Below, piece after piece: positions 23,093 to 24,000 of a stretch of 24,000 nucleotides of DNA. How positions within the stretch are numbered: position 1 is the stretch's first letter; each line of letters starts with the position of its first letter. Made by a program: the position numbers and the translations under genes. This DNA is from Bacteroidales bacterium (GTDB taxonomy: Bacteria > Bacteroidota > Bacteroidia > Bacteroidales > JAFGXI01): NCBI GenBank assembly GCA_027064025.1, contig JAMOQL010000064.1:1-24000 (forward strand). The letters are read 5' to 3'. The notes beneath the pieces were generated by a model that saw nothing but the letters and a program-made list of their open reading frames with translations, ran no database searches and was not told the DNA's origin.

Positions 23093-23725
23093 TTATTTAC
23101 AAGCTTTCAATTGTTTTGCATTGGTGTCTTTACCCCAAACAGGATCCAATACATTTTCTCGTTTAGCCTTTTTATAAAGTTTCTCGGCTTTTTCGAAATA
23201 AGGTTTAGCTTTTTCTTTTCCTCCTCCATATTGTTCAGGAGTATAAAAAACATTTTGTCCTTTTAGAAAATAATAACGTGGATTTTCGCTATCAATCTTA
23301 ACGGCTTTATCCATTTCTAGACTTGCTTTTCTTGAAAACTCGTAACCTCTTTTCTGTGGATCCACATCAATTTTCATCTGATAACACAAAGTATGCAATA
23401 AATATAACTCCGCATTTTGAGGATTTTGTTTTTCTGCGGTTATAAGAAGTTTCTCAGCATTATCTAATTGTACGTCTTTTTTTATTTTATCTTTCTCGTC
23501 GAAACTATTAAATATTAAACATAAAGCTTGATAGTATTTAGCCTCGAACCGCTTTGGGTACTCAATGGCCAAAGTTTCAAATTCCGAAGACAGCTTTAAA
23601 AAATCTACAGGCTGTAATTTTTGTTCAATTTTTTGAGTATTTTCTAACATTTTACTTTCAAAATCTTGAGCCATTCCTATAATACTTATCATGATCACGA
23701 CTAATAATAAACTTAATTTTTTCAT
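23093..23725 (-). CDS. Secreted helical-repeat (TPR-like) protein of unknown function
   Basis: 210-aa ORF with a signal peptide (MKKLSLLLVVIMISIIGMAQ). The composition is Lys/Glu/Tyr-rich and helical with repeated A..YY/YF...G patterns. No specific family recognised. Confidence 0.5.
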   Translation of the reverse strand: MKKLSLLLVVIMISIIGMAQDFESKMLENTQKIEQKLQPVDFLKLSSEFETLAIEYPKRFEAKYYQALCLIFNSFDEKDKIKKDVQLDNAEKLLITAEKQNPQNAELYLLHTLCYQMKIDVDPQKRGYEFSRKASLEMDKAVKIDSENPRYYFLKGQNVFYTPEQYGGGKEKAKPYFEKAEKLYKKAKRENVLDPVWGKDTNAKQLKACK

Positions 23726-23768
23726 CTTTTAAATATTTTTTTATGAATTACTAATTTTCTTTCACCAA

Positions 23769-23776
23769 CAAAACTA
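23769..23776 (-). promoter_or_regulatory. Bacteroidota -7 promoter box TAGTTTTG upstream of the TPR-like gene
   Basis: The plus strand reads CAAAACTA, 44 nt upstream of the ATG at 23725. Confidence 0.3.
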
Positions 23777-23901
23777 GAGCTTATCGGAACTTGCTTCAAC
23801 TAAAACTTTCTAATTGGTAGTATTTTACCGATGAATTGTTAATTTAGCAAACTGAACTGATACTTACAGCTTAAATTCAAGAAACAATACTTTAAGATTT
23901 A

Positions 23902-24000
23902 ATGTCTGAAAAAATATATTATCCGCTCTGGTTGGCATTTGTCCCCATTCTTGTATTAATAGGGATGCTAACTCTTAATGTATTATTTTTTGGTGATAAT
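23902..24000 (+). CDS. 5' end of a Na+/H+ antiporter NhaC-family membrane protein (partial, runs off the window)
   Basis: My translation from ATG 23902 is MSEKIYYPLWLAFVPILVLIGMLTLNVLFFGDN. The P-x-W-L-A-x-V-P-I...L-x-x-N-V-x-x-F-G-D pattern resembles NhaC N-termini. Only 33 codons are visible. Confidence 0.45.
   Translation, partial: MSEKIYYPLWLAFVPILVLIGMLTLNVLFFGDN

Noticed and set aside
1-24000. Genome-wide reassignment of TGA (translation table 4 or 25) to explain the DUF1573 TGA and the lack of TGA stops
   Set aside because: About 7000 codons of long, full-length, family-typical ORFs are recovered under the standard code with Trp encoded by TGG. A reassigned TGA should interrupt many genes, and only one is interrupted.
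1-24000. Search for tRNA/rRNA genes, CRISPR repeats, transposase/integrase genes, IS inverted ends or an abrupt compositional shift
   Set aside because: Nothing was found. Intergenic regions are short and AT-rich, without tRNA-like GC-rich arms or regularly spaced repeats. Base composition looks uniform across the window.

Overview
This is an AT-rich chromosomal segment (about one-third G+C by eye), almost certainly from a Bacteroidota genome. The evidence for that is the type IX secretion / gliding core operon porP-gldK-gldL-gldM-gldN, a DUF1573 gene, several Bacteroidota-type TAnnTTTG -7 promoter boxes 24-44 nt upstream of start codons, and no obvious Shine-Dalgarno sequences. Gene content left to right is as follows. 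(1) A tightly spaced plus-strand operon of an SQR/NDH-2-like flavoprotein, a DUF59-like protein, a NifX-like protein, an MFS transporter, a NifU(Nfu)-domain protein and a PNPOx-like flavoprotein. (2) Dipeptidyl peptidase IV. (3) A stand-alone biotin-carrier protein. (4) Two tandem sucC paralogs. (5) An orphan histidine kinase. (6) The T9SS core operon. (7) A class I aminotransferase. (8) A DUF1573 gene interrupted by one TGA. (9) yidD, mobA, tatC and tatA. (10) A LytS/LytTR two-component pair. (11) A secreted helical-repeat protein. (12) The 5' end of an nhaC-like antiporter. I see no tRNA/rRNA, CRISPR array, transposase, integrase or recognisable defence island. Most of the window is housekeeping, and I cannot honestly point to a clear-cut new multi-gene system. 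Four observations deserve follow-up. First, the tandem sucC pair has strongly domain-graded divergence: the C-terminal 151 aa are almost identical at protein level despite many silent DNA differences, while the N-terminal ATP-grasp lobe is heavily diverged and carries a 7-aa insertion. Second, the single in-frame TGA in the window falls on the invariant first Cys of the DUF1573 SCGCT motif, and no gene in the window uses TGA as its stop. Third, the metallocluster-carrier operon has an embedded MFS transporter and Cys-pair C-terminal tails. Fourth, an intramembrane-type histidine kinase sits directly behind the terminator of the T9SS operon.
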